DNA of 64,000 nucleotides from Bifidobacteriaceae bacterium (lineage in GTDB: Bacteria > Actinomycetota > Actinomycetes > Actinomycetales > WQXJ01), in contig JAISXH010000032.1 of NCBI GenBank assembly GCA_031270825.1, positions 3,771-67,770 on the forward strand. The letters are read 5' to 3'. Positions 46,380 to 55,845 of this stretch are shown here, one piece after another (position 1 is the stretch's first letter; each line of letters begins with the position of its first letter). The position numbers and the translations under genes were made by a program. The notes below the pieces were generated by a model that saw nothing but the letters and a program-made list of their open reading frames with translations, had not been told where the DNA came from and did not search any database.

Positions 46380-46584
46380 GGTTCGGTGTGGACCTTTCTT
46401 GGTTTGGTGGCTCGGGTACCGGCGGTTCGCCCATCTTTCGGCGGACGATGCCGAGCGCCCTGTTCGCGCCCCGCGTCCCGACCGCTTTGAGTTACGCCGG
46501 GATCAGTCTAGGACAGTAGTCCCAGACTCCGCGAATCGATCGTTACCCTGACGGCAGGCGCCGTTACCGGGCCGAGAGGCCGGA

Positions 46585-46720
46585 TGGGGTCGAATCGGAC
46601 GGTTGGCTTGCCCGGTCGGGTCGTATCGGTCGCCCGGTCGGGTCGAGTTGCTTGCCTGGTTGCGTCGAGTCCCGGTCGGGTCGTGTCCGGTCGAACTCGA
46701 CGGTTTGCTTGCCCAGGCGG
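46585..46720. repeat. Degenerate short tandem repeats (CCCGGTCGGGTCG x3; TTG(G)CTTGCC x3) between prs stop and ahpC start
   Basis: cccggtcgggtcg at 46611, 46633 and 46671. ttggcttgcc / ttgcttgcc / ttgcttgcc near 46603, 46648 and 46704. Confidence 0.75.
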
Positions 46721-46726
46721 AGCGGA

Positions 46727-47710
46727 CTAGGAGTTGCCGTCGAAGAGGGACGTGACCGAGCCGTCGTCGAAGACTTCGCGGATGGCGCGGGCGATCAAAG
46801 GGGCGATCGACAGGACTGTCAGCTTGTCGATGCGTTTGTCCTCCTCGATCGGCAGCGTGTCCGTCACCACGATCTCGGAGATGCCCGAGTTCTTGAGGCG
46901 GTCCACGGCCGGACCCGACAAGACCGCATGGGTGGCGGCCACGATCACCTGGGCGGCGCCGTTGCTTATCAACGCCTCGGCCGCTTGGACAATGGTGCCG
47001 GCGGTGTCGATCATGTCATCGACGATCACGCAGGCCCGGCCCTCCACTTCGCCGACCAATTCATGCACTTTGACCTGGTTCGCCACCTTGGGATCGCGGC
47101 GCTTGTGGATGATGGCGAGCGGGGCGCCAAGGCGATCCGACCACTGGTCGGCCAGGCGGACACGGCCCGCGTCCGGAGAGACGATCGTCAGCCGTGAGCG
47201 GTCAACCCGCGTGCGGACGTAGTTGGTCAGGATCGGCAGCGCCCAGAGATGATCGACCGGTCCGTTGAAGAAGCCCTGGATTTGGGCGGTGTGAAGATCG
47301 ACGGCCATCAGCCGGTCGGCGCCGGCGGTCTCGAACAGGTCGGCCACCAGACGGGCTGAGATCGGTTCGCGCCCGCGGTGCTTCTTGTCTTGACGGGCGT
47401 AGCCGTAGAACGGGGCGATGGCGGTAATCGACTTGGCGGACGCGCGCTTGAGCGCGTCGCACATGATCAAGTGCTCCATAATCCACTGGTTGATCGGCGC
47501 GGTGTGGGACTGGAGGCAGAAGGCGAAAGCGCCGCGCACCGATTCCGCGAAGCGGACGTAGACCTCGCCGTTGGCGAAGTCATAAGCCGAGGTCGGGACA
47601 AGTTCGCAGTTCAACTCCCGAGCCACGGCCTCGGCGAGTTCAGGATGCGCCCTTCCGGACACCAGGACCATCCTCTTCTCCGTGTCATGGCTGATGATTC
47701 CACTGGACAA
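46727..47710 (-). CDS. prs: Ribose-phosphate pyrophosphokinase
   Basis: 327 aa. YARQDKK, VIVDDMIDTAGT. Confidence 0.96.
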   Translation of the reverse strand: MSSGIISHDTEKRMVLVSGRAHPELAEAVARELNCELVPTSAYDFANGEVYVRFAESVRGAFAFCLQSHTAPINQWIMEHLIMCDALKRASAKSITAIAPFYGYARQDKKHRGREPISARLVADLFETAGADRLMAVDLHTAQIQGFFNGPVDHLWALPILTNYVRTRVDRSRLTIVSPDAGRVRLADQWSDRLGAPLAIIHKRRDPKVANQVKVHELVGEVEGRACVIVDDMIDTAGTIVQAAEALISNGAAQVIVAATHAVLSGPAVDRLKNSGISEIVVTDTLPIEEDKRIDKLTVLSIAPLIARAIREVFDDGSVTSLFDGNS

Positions 47711-47739
47711 GGCTTTGCCCCTTCTGGTCGGTGGTTGAT

Positions 47740-49623
47740 TCAGTTGTTCTCGGGGATCTCGCCGGACGGCGCCGCTGGCCCGGCCGACCAGGCGAGCGTA
47801 GTCGGGTCGAGCGCTCCTTGGCCAGACGGCTCTGCTGTCGACGAGGTCTCTCCGTTAGCGGCCGGGGCGGGGACGGGCGCGGGAGGGGTGTTTTCGGCGG
47901 GGATGGTTGCGGCCGGGGTGTCCGCGGCGGGGATGGTTGCGGCCGGGGTGTTTTCGGCGGGGACGGCTGCGGCTGGGGCGCTCCCAGCGGGAATGGTTGC
48001 TGGCGGGATGTTCCGGGCGGAACCGGTCTGGGTGGACAACGCCCGCTCGGCGGCGAGCGCGCTGTCTGAGCCGGGGCGCTTGCGCATGGTCCAACCCTCG
48101 ATGACGCGCTGCGGACCGGCGCTCACCGCCAGGGCGCCCGCGGGCACGTCCCCGCGCACAATTGCTCCCGCCCCCGAATAAGAACCGGCGCCCATTTCCA
48201 CCGGCGCGACTATCACGTTGTTGGAGCCGATGCGGACCGCTGGGCCGATCACGCACTTGGACTTGGTGACCCCGTCGTAATTGGCGAAGATGGTGCCCGC
48301 GCCGACGTTGGCGAACTCGCCCACATCTGCGTCGCCGACATAGGCCAGATGCGGCACCTTGGCCCCATACCCGACCCGGGCGGCCTTCAATTCCGTGAAA
48401 GAACCCGCCTTAGTTGCCTGGCCAAGCACTGTTCCAGGCCTGAGGTGAGTGAACGGACCGACCGTGGCGCCGGTGCCTACGCGCGCGCCGTTGGCCACCG
48501 TCCGGTCGATGATCGCGCCTTGGCCCACCACCGTGTCGACCAGCGTGGTGAATGGTCCTATCACGCTGCCCGCCCCGACCGCTGTGGCGCCGCTGAGGCG
48601 AGTGCCCGGCATCAGCGTGACATCGGGTTCGAGTTCCACGCCAACATCTATCCAAGTCGACGCCGGGTCAATAACAGTCACGCCGTCGATCATGGCCTGG
48701 GCCACGATCCGCTGGTTGATGGCGGCGGACGCCTGGGCCAACTGAGCCCTGTCGTTGACGCCCTGGACCACCGACGGGTCCTCGGAGATGATGGCCCGAA
48801 CCGTTCGACCGGCGGCGCGCGCCGCCGCCACGACATCGGTCAGGTAGAACTCGCCCTGGCTGTTGTCGCGGTCGAGCCCCTGCAGCGCCGAGCGCAGCAG
48901 GTCGACGTCGTAGACATAGACGGAAGCGTTGATCTCGTTGATCGCCGCCTGCTCCGCAGTCGCGTCAGCCTCCTCCACGATCCGCGCCACCTGGCCGGTC
49001 TGATCGCGCACAACCCGGCCGTAGCCAAAGGGGTCTTCGACCACCGCGGTCAGCATGGTGACGCCATTGCCGTCCGCTTCATGAGCCGCCACCAAGGCCT
49101 GAAGCACCTCGGAGTCGATCAGCGGCGTGTCGCCGCAAATGACCACGATCTGAGAGTCTCCGCCTGGCTCGGCCGCCTGACCGGCGGCCGCCGCCGGGTC
49201 TGGCGAATCGACGGCGCCCACGTCGCCGGACCCGGTCGTTGACGGTGCTGGGACTGAGCGCACGGCATCGGCGGCCTGGTCACCAGTGGCGTCCCCAGGC
49301 CGCTCCGGAACCGGCTCGGTTAAGACACCGGAAGCGGCTTGGTCGAGCGCCGCCAAAGCGCACTGAACGGCCCGGCCGGTGCCCGGCGCCTGGTCCTGGT
49401 CGGCGATCAGGACGGCCGGGCCGAAGCGCTTGGCCTCGGCGGCGACTTGATCGCGGCCGTGGCGGACCACCACGACGACGCGGCTGGGGTCCAGCCCCTG
49501 GGCGGCGGCGATGGCGTGGCCCAGCAGGCTCCTTCCGGCCGCCTGATGGAGCACCTTGGGCAGGGCGGACTTCATGCGCGTGCCTTCGCCGGCGGCAAGA
49601 ACGATCACTGCGGGTTTGGTCAT
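47740..49623 (-). CDS. glmU: Bifunctional GlcNAc-1-P uridyltransferase / GlcN-1-P acetyltransferase with internal insertion and ~110-aa repeat-rich C-terminal extension
   Basis: ATG 49623 (GGAGAG 7 nt upstream): MTKPAVIVLAAGEGTRMKS. Left-handed beta-helix hexapeptide region. The C-terminus continues past the usual end. Confidence 0.93.
   Translation of the reverse strand: MTKPAVIVLAAGEGTRMKSALPKVLHQAAGRSLLGHAIAAAQGLDPSRVVVVVRHGRDQVAAEAKRFGPAVLIADQDQAPGTGRAVQCALAALDQAASGVLTEPVPERPGDATGDQAADAVRSVPAPSTTGSGDVGAVDSPDPAAAAGQAAEPGGDSQIVVICGDTPLIDSEVLQALVAAHEADGNGVTMLTAVVEDPFGYGRVVRDQTGQVARIVEEADATAEQAAINEINASVYVYDVDLLRSALQGLDRDNSQGEFYLTDVVAAARAAGRTVRAIISEDPSVVQGVNDRAQLAQASAAINQRIVAQAMIDGVTVIDPASTWIDVGVELEPDVTLMPGTRLSGATAVGAGSVIGPFTTLVDTVVGQGAIIDRTVANGARVGTGATVGPFTHLRPGTVLGQATKAGSFTELKAARVGYGAKVPHLAYVGDADVGEFANVGAGTIFANYDGVTKSKCVIGPAVRIGSNNVIVAPVEMGAGSYSGAGAIVRGDVPAGALAVSAGPQRVIEGWTMRKRPGSDSALAAERALSTQTGSARNIPPATIPAGSAPAAAVPAENTPAATIPAADTPAATIPAENTPPAPVPAPAANGETSSTAEPSGQGALDPTTLAWSAGPAAPSGEIPENN
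47885..48034. repeat. 30-nt tandem repeat x5 encoding PAATIPAENT-type decapeptides in the glmU C-terminal extension
   Basis: ggggtgttttcggcggggatggttgcggcc and variants starting at 47885, 47915, 47945, 47975 and 48005. Confidence 0.9.
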
Positions 49624-49939
49624 GTGCTGGCTCTCCAACGCTCGAGTGGCGGCCCAGGAATCCGCTCTGTAGAGCCGACCCGGGGCCGGAACCGTGTTCG
49701 CCTTCCGCGTTCGCGCCGGGCGGCTCGGCGCCGCCCCACGTCAACACGGCTGGAACGCCCTTGCTCGGCGCGCTCCTGGGACCTGAACGAATACAGCTTA
49801 GTCCGGCCCGGCTCAGCCTCGATCCATTGATCCTGTCCCGCCGCGCCGCGCCGGACAGGCACGCTGGCCGCCGCTGGCCAGGCTCGGCCCGGGCCCAGTT
49901 CTGCGCTCGCCTGCGGTCGTGGCAGACTTGATCCTGCTT

Positions 49940-50011
49940 TCCGCCTTGGTGTAATTGGCAGCACAGGGGTTTTTGGTGCCCTTAGTCTAGGTTCGAGTCC
50001 TGGGGGCGGAG
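49940..50011 (+). tRNA. tRNA-Gln (anticodon UUG)
   Basis: 72-nt cloverleaf. Acceptor TCCGCCT/GGGCGGA, D-arm GTGT-AATTGGCA-GCAC, anticodon stem GGGGT/GCCCT with loop TTTTGGT, T-arm CTAGG-TTCGAGT-CCTGG. No encoded CCA. Confidence 0.9.
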
Positions 50012-50047
50012 CCGGGGTCGCAAACGCGACTGGCGGCGGCTGGCAAG

Positions 50048-50803
50048 ATGGATACCGTGGCACGGCGCGCGAAACAACTGGCCCGACCGCGCATGACCGG
50101 GCGCGAGCGGCGCGAACAACTGGTGTCGGTGGCGCGCAGCGTCTTCGCCGAAAAGGGTTTCGAGCCGGCCAGCGTTGAGGAGATCGCCGCTCGGGCGGAG
50201 GTGTCCAAACCCGTGGTCTATGAGCATTTCGGCGGCAAAGAGGGCATTTACGCGGTGGTGGTGGACCGGGAGGTCCAGGACCTGTCCAACCGGCTGACCG
50301 CCGCGCTCGGCGTCCGTGACCACCCCAAACGCATCGTTGAACGCACAGCGCTGGCCCTGCTCGACTACGTCGAGGAAAACGAAGACGGCTTCCGGATTCT
50401 GGTCCGCGACTCGCCGGTCGCCCAGGCCACCGGCCCGTTCTCATCGATGCTGGGGGACATCGCGCGAACGGTCGAAGCTCTGTTGGCGACCGAGTTCCAC
50501 AATCGCGGGCTGGATCCGGCCACCGCCACGCTCTACGCTCAGATGTTGGTCGGCATGATCGCTTTCACCGGACAGTGGTGGCTGGAGGCTAAAGAGCCTG
50601 ACAAGGCGACGGTCGCAGCCCACCTGACCAACCTGGGTTGGAACGGACTGCGCGGCATGGAACCGGCGCCCCGCCTCACCGCCGGGGCGTATACCGCCGG
50701 CGCTTACACAGCCGGGGCCTACCCGGCCGGGACTCGCCGATCCGACGCGGCCGCCAGGCCGGCGAACCCAGGGGACGCCCAAGGCGGAGACGCCGCTTCC
50801 TGA
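50048..50803 (+). CDS. TetR-family transcriptional regulator
   Basis: N-terminal HTH RREQLVSVARSVFAEKGFEPASVEEIAARAEVSKPVVYEHFGGKEGIY. Ala/Gly/Tyr-rich C-terminal tail (AGAYTAGAYTAGAYPAG). Confidence 0.88.
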   Translation: MDTVARRAKQLARPRMTGRERREQLVSVARSVFAEKGFEPASVEEIAARAEVSKPVVYEHFGGKEGIYAVVVDREVQDLSNRLTAALGVRDHPKRIVERTALALLDYVEENEDGFRILVRDSPVAQATGPFSSMLGDIARTVEALLATEFHNRGLDPATATLYAQMLVGMIAFTGQWWLEAKEPDKATVAAHLTNLGWNGLRGMEPAPRLTAGAYTAGAYTAGAYPAGTRRSDAAARPANPGDAQGGDAAS

Positions 50804-50921
50804 GGAGCCGCCTTAGGCGACACCGAAAGCTTCGCGGGCAGGCTCGGCCCGAAGAAGATTGACCGCCCCGGGCAGTCACGACCAAGGACTCTCGACGTGG
50901 AGCGAAGCTGGGCTATGGTGG

Positions 50922-51527
50922 ATGCTCATGAGCACTCCGCCCCGCATCCGCAAGGATGCCACCGGCCAAGTCGTCGAGGCTTGGGGCCGCGAGCGGCCCG
51001 ACCTCGACGCTTCACCTTTGGAAGTTTTTTCGCGCGTCACGCGCCTGGCCAAGTACTTGGATCAGGTGCGACGCGACTCCTTCGACCGCTACGGCTTACA
51101 GGGTTGGGAGTTCGACGTGCTAGCGGAATTGCGCCGTTCGGGCGAACCCTACGAGTTGACCCCCGGCCAGATGTCCGCTGCCATCCTGCTGTCCACCGGC
51201 GCGATGACCAACCGGCTGCACCGGATTGAGGCCGCCGGCCTGATCCAGCGGCGCGAGGATCCGTCTGACGGTCGCGTGGTGCGCGTCAGTCTCACCGACG
51301 CCGGACGCCAACGGGTCGATGCCGCTTTGGCCGATTTGCTGCAACGTGAAGCCGAGCTGCTGGCGCCGGTTTCGGCCACCAACTTCTCGCGGGTGGCCGC
51401 CACCTTGGCCCAGCTTCTGACTCCCTTCGAGCAGACGGTTGAACGGCACGGCAACGGCGCTGGAGCCACCGGGGAGGCCCGGGGCGCCGGCGCCGGGCGC
51501 GCTGATGGCCCATCTGATCGGCGCTGA
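50922..51527 (+). CDS. MarR-family transcriptional regulator
   Basis: Winged HTH LTPGQMSAAILLSTGAMTNRLHRIEAAGLIQRREDPSDGRVVRVSLTDAGRQ. Start uncertain (track TTG 50859; ATG 50922/50928). Confidence 0.8.
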   Translation: MLMSTPPRIRKDATGQVVEAWGRERPDLDASPLEVFSRVTRLAKYLDQVRRDSFDRYGLQGWEFDVLAELRRSGEPYELTPGQMSAAILLSTGAMTNRLHRIEAAGLIQRREDPSDGRVVRVSLTDAGRQRVDAALADLLQREAELLAPVSATNFSRVAATLAQLLTPFEQTVERHGNGAGATGEARGAGAGRADGPSDRR

Positions 51528-53691
51528 AGCAGTCTCCATCGCCTTCACCGGCGATCCGGTGCTGGCGCAGGTGTCTTTGGGGTTGGCGGATGGCGACCGG
51601 ATTGGGATCGTCGGTCGCAACGGCGCCGGCAAATCGACCCTGATGGCCTTGTTGGCCGGACGTCTGGAACCGGATTCGGGCCGCGTGACGGCCCGTGCGG
51701 GTATCCAGGTCGGATGGCTTGATCAGGCCGATCGACTGCCTGCGGGCACCAGCCTGCGCGATTTGGTGGCCGGCGGCCAGCCGGACCACGTCTGGGCGGC
51801 GGATGCGCGCTCGCGCGAGGTGGTGGCGGCGCTGCTAGCGGGCCTCGATCTGGAATCGCCGCTGGACGCCCTGTCCGGTGGCCAGCGTCGCCGTGCGGCC
51901 CTGGCCGCCATTCTGATCCAGGACTGGGACGCCCTCTTCCTCGACGAGCCGACGAACCATCTTGATATCGAGGCGATCAACTGGCTGGCGGGCCATTTGA
52001 AAGCCCGCTGGCCGGCCCGGCGCGGTGCGCTGGCCATGGTCACCCACGATCGCTGGTTCTTGGACCAGGTCTCCCAAGACACCTGGGAAGTCCACGACGC
52101 GACGGTCGAGCCGTTCGAGGGCGGCTATGGCGCCTACGTCCTCCAACGAGTCGAACGCGACCGCCAGCAGGCGGCCCAAGCGGCCCGGCGGCGCAGCATT
52201 CTGCGCAAGGAACTGGCTTGGCTGCGGCGCGGGGCGCCGGCCCGGACCTCCAAACCGAAGTTCCGCTTGGACGCGGCCGCCGCTCTGATCGCCGGCGAAC
52301 CCGAACCCCGCGACGCGCTGCAGTTGAAACGCCTGGCCATGACCCGCTTGGGCAAGGACGTTCTGGAGTTGGCCGGGGTCAGCGCCGGCTACAGCCAGGA
52401 CGCCACGCCGACCACCGATGCCGCCAGCCCGCAAGACGGCGGCGACCATGCCGACCAGGGGGCCGCCAGCGCCAGCGGCAGCGGCAGCGGCAGTGGCAGC
52501 GGCAGCGGCAGTGGCGGTGGCAGTGGCGGTGGCGAGGTTCGCACTGTGCTCCACGACATCGACTGGATCCTCGGGCCGGGCGACCGGATCGGGATCCTCG
52601 GGGCCAACGGAGCCGGCAAGACCACCTTGCTGAAGGTGCTGATCGGCGACTTGGCGCCGCTGGCCGGGCGCGTCCATCGGGGCAAGACCGTCCGGGTGGC
52701 CTGGCTGTCCCAGACCATGGCCGACCTCGAACAGATGGCTGACCAGCGCATATTTGACCTCTTGAGTGAACTCAAGGCCTCTTATCAGGCGGGCGGACGC
52801 CGCAGCGGGGACTGGACTGGCGGCGGCCGGGACGCCACCGCCGGCTGGGCCTGCGGGACCGTCGACCTCAGCCCGACCGCCGTCCTGGAGCGTCTCGGAT
52901 TCACACCGGCCCAATTCAGCACCCCCGTCCGCGACCTCTCCGGCGGCCAGCGCCGCCGCCTCCAACTGGCCCTCACCTTGTTCGCCGAACCCAATGTGCT
53001 GATCCTGGATGAGCCGACCAACGATCTCGACACCGACATGCTGGCCGCGATCGAAGACCTGCTCGACACCTGGCCGGGCACGCTCTTGGTGGTCACCCAC
53101 GACCGCTACCTGATGGAGCGGGTCACCGACCGCCAGTACGCCGTCCTCGACGGACGCCTACGCCACCTGCCCGGCGGGGTTGACGAGTATCTCCAGTTGG
53201 CCTCGGCCCCAGGCGCCCAGTTGCCCGATGCCGTGCGCCACGTCCCAGCATCGGGCGGCCTTGGGGTTAGGGGGAGCGGGACGGCATCGGGCCCGGGTTC
53301 AGGCGGGCTAACGCGGTCTGGGCGGGGCAAGGCCGGGAGCGGCGAGACGGCATCGGACTCAGATGCGGGCGGGAAAGTGCGGCCGGGGCGGGGCGGGGCC
53401 GGGAGCGGCGAGGCGGCATCGGGCTCAGATGCGGGCGCGGGAACACAGACCGGGCCGGCCAAGACCGGGGGCGCCCGGGCCGTCCGCGAGGCGAAGAAGG
53501 CGCTGGCGGCGGTCGAGCGACGCCTGGAACGGCTGCGAGCCGAGGCACACGGGCTGAGCGGCGAACTGACCGCGACGGACCCGGCCGACTGGACCGCCAT
53601 CCAGCGCCTGAGCGAACGCCTCGGCGAACTGGACCAGGCGATCGCGGCGGCCGAAGACCAGTGGTTGGAACTGGCCGAGACCATCGGCTGA
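51505..53691 (+). CDS. ABC-F family ATPase (two ABC domains, no TM; Uup-like C-terminal coiled coil) with Gly/Ser and repeat insertions
   Basis: Walker A motifs GRNGAGKST and GANGAGKTT. Signatures LSGGQRRRAALA and LSGGQRRRLQLA. ATG 51505 (MAHLIGAEAVSIAF) preferred. Confidence 0.9.
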   Translation: MAHLIGAEAVSIAFTGDPVLAQVSLGLADGDRIGIVGRNGAGKSTLMALLAGRLEPDSGRVTARAGIQVGWLDQADRLPAGTSLRDLVAGGQPDHVWAADARSREVVAALLAGLDLESPLDALSGGQRRRAALAAILIQDWDALFLDEPTNHLDIEAINWLAGHLKARWPARRGALAMVTHDRWFLDQVSQDTWEVHDATVEPFEGGYGAYVLQRVERDRQQAAQAARRRSILRKELAWLRRGAPARTSKPKFRLDAAAALIAGEPEPRDALQLKRLAMTRLGKDVLELAGVSAGYSQDATPTTDAASPQDGGDHADQGAASASGSGSGSGSGSGSGGGSGGGEVRTVLHDIDWILGPGDRIGILGANGAGKTTLLKVLIGDLAPLAGRVHRGKTVRVAWLSQTMADLEQMADQRIFDLLSELKASYQAGGRRSGDWTGGGRDATAGWACGTVDLSPTAVLERLGFTPAQFSTPVRDLSGGQRRRLQLALTLFAEPNVLILDEPTNDLDTDMLAAIEDLLDTWPGTLLVVTHDRYLMERVTDRQYAVLDGRLRHLPGGVDEYLQLASAPGAQLPDAVRHVPASGGLGVRGSGTASGPGSGGLTRSGRGKAGSGETASDSDAGGKVRPGRGGAGSGEAASGSDAGAGTQTGPAKTGGARAVREAKKALAAVERRLERLRAEAHGLSGELTATDPADWTAIQRLSERLGELDQAIAAAEDQWLELAETIG
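52468..52533. repeat. (GGCAGY/GGCGGT)n hexanucleotide microsatellite encoding (GS)n(G)n inside the ABC-F gene
   Basis: agcggcagcggcagcggcagtggcagcggcagcggcagtggcggtggcagtggcggtggc. Confidence 0.9.
53270..53450. repeat. 66-nt tandem repeat (~2.5 copies) in the ABC-F C-terminal region
   Basis: gggcggggcaaggccgggagcggcgagacggcatcggactcagatgcgggcggg versus gggcggggcggggccgggagcggcgaggcggcatcgggctcagatgcgggcgcg. Confidence 0.85.
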
Positions 53692-53834
53692 CCCGGATTT
53701 TGCGGGCAGTTCGACGGGCCTGAGAGCGGCGTGGCCGTCGGCCCGGGAGCGTGGTGAACAACCACGCTCCGACCGTGTTGACGCAGGGCAGCGGAACGTT
53801 GACCAGCGGAAACGCGGAAGGCAAAGACTCCTTC

Positions 53835-53872
53835 GGCCTAGGAAACCGGTTTGCTCACCGGTTTCCTAGGCC
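53835..53872. terminator. Perfect 16-bp-stem hairpin between convergent ABC-F and ketopantoate-reductase-like genes (bidirectional terminator candidate)
   Basis: ggcctaggaaaccggt-ttgctc-accggtttcctaggcc. Confidence 0.6.
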
Positions 53873-54037
53873 TCCTCCGGCGGGCTTCGCGGCCGCCCGC
53901 GCCACCGCCCTGCCTTCGAGACATTGATTCTGTCCGGCTGGGCCGCCGCGAATCGGCGGCCCCGGTTCTGCGCCGGTTGATTAGCAGTTGCCGTTGTCAT
54001 GCCCGGCCTGGGCGAGCGCCACGAGCGCCCCGCGGGT

Positions 54038-55150
54038 TCAGGGCCGGTACAAGCTTTGCCGGTGCTCCAGTTGGCGCGCCAACAAAGCGCAGCCTGGCAT
54101 TTCACGGCCGCGGGCGGCCGCCCAGCGGATCGGGTTCCAATAGATCGCCTCGATCTCCATCGGACGGCGGGCCAGGCAATCCAGGCGCATCGACGGATTG
54201 TAGGCCGCCATCGAGTCGGTGGTGCCGAGCATCTTGACGGCGAAGTCGGGTTCGATCGCGATGCCGCCCGCGGCCGCCGCGCCGATCACCTCTTGCATCA
54301 GCGCCAGGATCGCGGCCCTGGCCGCCGGCGAGCCGGACAAGTCGCCGGTGGTGGCGTCCAGGACCACGCTCAGGCCGTTGAAGGGGATGTTCCAAACCAG
54401 TTTGCGCCACCGCGCCTCCAGGGCCGCGCCCAAGACCTCGGTCTCGATTCCGGCTTCCCGGAAGATCGCCGCCAGCTCTAGCACCGTCAAGCCGGGGGCT
54501 CGCCCTGGCGTGGGTCGGCCTTCGCGATCCAGCGGAGCGCCGGGGCCTGAGTCGGGTTGGAGGTCTGATGGGGCGCCGGCCGTTGCCGGCGCGACTGCCT
54601 CTAGCGGAGCCGTCTGCGTCGAGGGCGCCGCTTCTTGGAGCGTCTGGGCCGGAATCGTCTCCGGCGGCGCGACTGCGGTCAAGGGCGCCAGCGAGGCCAG
54701 GCCGTAGGCGACGTGGTGGATGATCCAGGGCCGGGCGTCGCGGAAGGAGCAGATGAAACAGAGGCCGGCGAACACAGCCGCCTGCGGGTAGCAAGCCGCC
54801 AAGCGCTCCTCGGCGCCCAATCCGTTCTGCATCGCCACCAGGGCCGTGCCGGGCCTGACAGCCGAACCGAGCGCCGGCAAGACGGCATCGTTGCCGGTCG
54901 CCTTGGTCGCCACCAAGACCAGGTCGCAGGGTGGCAAATCGGCGGCGGAGGCATAGACGAGGGGGCGGTCGACCCGGAAATCACCGCTGCTGGACAACAC
55001 TGTCAATCCGTGTTCGCGCAGCGCCTCGGCGCTCGACCGGGCCATGAAGTGGACTCGGTGTCCGGCCCGGGCCAGCCGGCCGCCGTAGTAGCCCCCGATC
55101 GCCCCGGCGCCGATCACGGCCACATCGAGCCGACTCCCCTGGGGCGTCAT
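54038..55150 (-). CDS. Ketopantoate reductase (ApbA/PanE) family oxidoreductase with ~65-aa Pro/Ala-rich insertion
   Basis: ATG 55150 overlaps the GntR stop (ATGA). MTPQGSRLDVAVIGAGAIGGYYGGRLARAGHRV is a Rossmann motif. Substrate unknown. Confidence 0.75.
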   Translation of the reverse strand: MTPQGSRLDVAVIGAGAIGGYYGGRLARAGHRVHFMARSSAEALREHGLTVLSSSGDFRVDRPLVYASAADLPPCDLVLVATKATGNDAVLPALGSAVRPGTALVAMQNGLGAEERLAACYPQAAVFAGLCFICSFRDARPWIIHHVAYGLASLAPLTAVAPPETIPAQTLQEAAPSTQTAPLEAVAPATAGAPSDLQPDSGPGAPLDREGRPTPGRAPGLTVLELAAIFREAGIETEVLGAALEARWRKLVWNIPFNGLSVVLDATTGDLSGSPAARAAILALMQEVIGAAAAGGIAIEPDFAVKMLGTTDSMAAYNPSMRLDCLARRPMEIEAIYWNPIRWAAARGREMPGCALLARQLEHRQSLYRP

Positions 55151-55845
55151 GTGTCCGTCCCAGGCGCCTGGGCGGTTAGGCGGTCGAGCGCGTCTTGGAC
55201 CCGGCTCAAATGGGTGGCCTGGGCGCGACGAGCTGCCGCGGCGTTCCTGGCCGCCACCGCCTGCACGATCCGCCGGTGTTCTGCGTTCGACTCCTGGATT
55301 CGGCCATCGAGTTGGTTGATGAACCGCGACTGCTGGGCCAGCGCGATCCTGAGGCTCTCCACCTCTCGGGCGAAGACCGGGTTGCCGGAGGCGGCCGCCA
55401 GCGCGACATGGAAGCGGGCGTCCAGATCCACCCACCGCATCGGGTCGGTCTCTGCCTCCATCGCCTGAACCAATTGTTGGCAGGCGGCGAGCTGAGCGGC
55501 GGTATGGCGCTCGGCCGCGTAACCCGCAGCCGGGACTTCCAGGTGGTGGCGCACTTCTTGGAGGTCGCGGGCGGAGAAGCCGCCGAACTCCTTCGGGTCG
55601 CCCGGAACGGAACTGCGCACGAACGTCCCAACGCCGTTGCGAGTCTCCAGCACCCCGCGCGCCCGCAGCACGCCCAGCGCCTCGCGCACCACCGAGCGGG
55701 AGGCGCCCAGCCGGGCGCCTAGCTTCGCTTCCGGAGGCAGCCGGTCGCCCAGACCATACTCTCCGGCGGCGATCGCGGCCGTCAGCTCGTGGATCACGAC
55801 ATCGATCATGGCGACTGGCCGCAGCACCTCGCGTTCGCCGGGCAT
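55147..55845 (-). CDS. GntR/FadR-family transcriptional regulator
   Basis: ATG 55845 with GGGAGGAGG upstream. HTH LPPEAKLGARLGASRSVVREALGVLRARGVLETRNGVGTFV, followed by an FCD-type helical domain. Confidence 0.85.
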   Translation of the reverse strand: MPGEREVLRPVAMIDVVIHELTAAIAAGEYGLGDRLPPEAKLGARLGASRSVVREALGVLRARGVLETRNGVGTFVRSSVPGDPKEFGGFSARDLQEVRHHLEVPAAGYAAERHTAAQLAACQQLVQAMEAETDPMRWVDLDARFHVALAAASGNPVFAREVESLRIALAQQSRFINQLDGRIQESNAEHRRIVQAVAARNAAAARRAQATHLSRVQDALDRLTAQAPGTDT

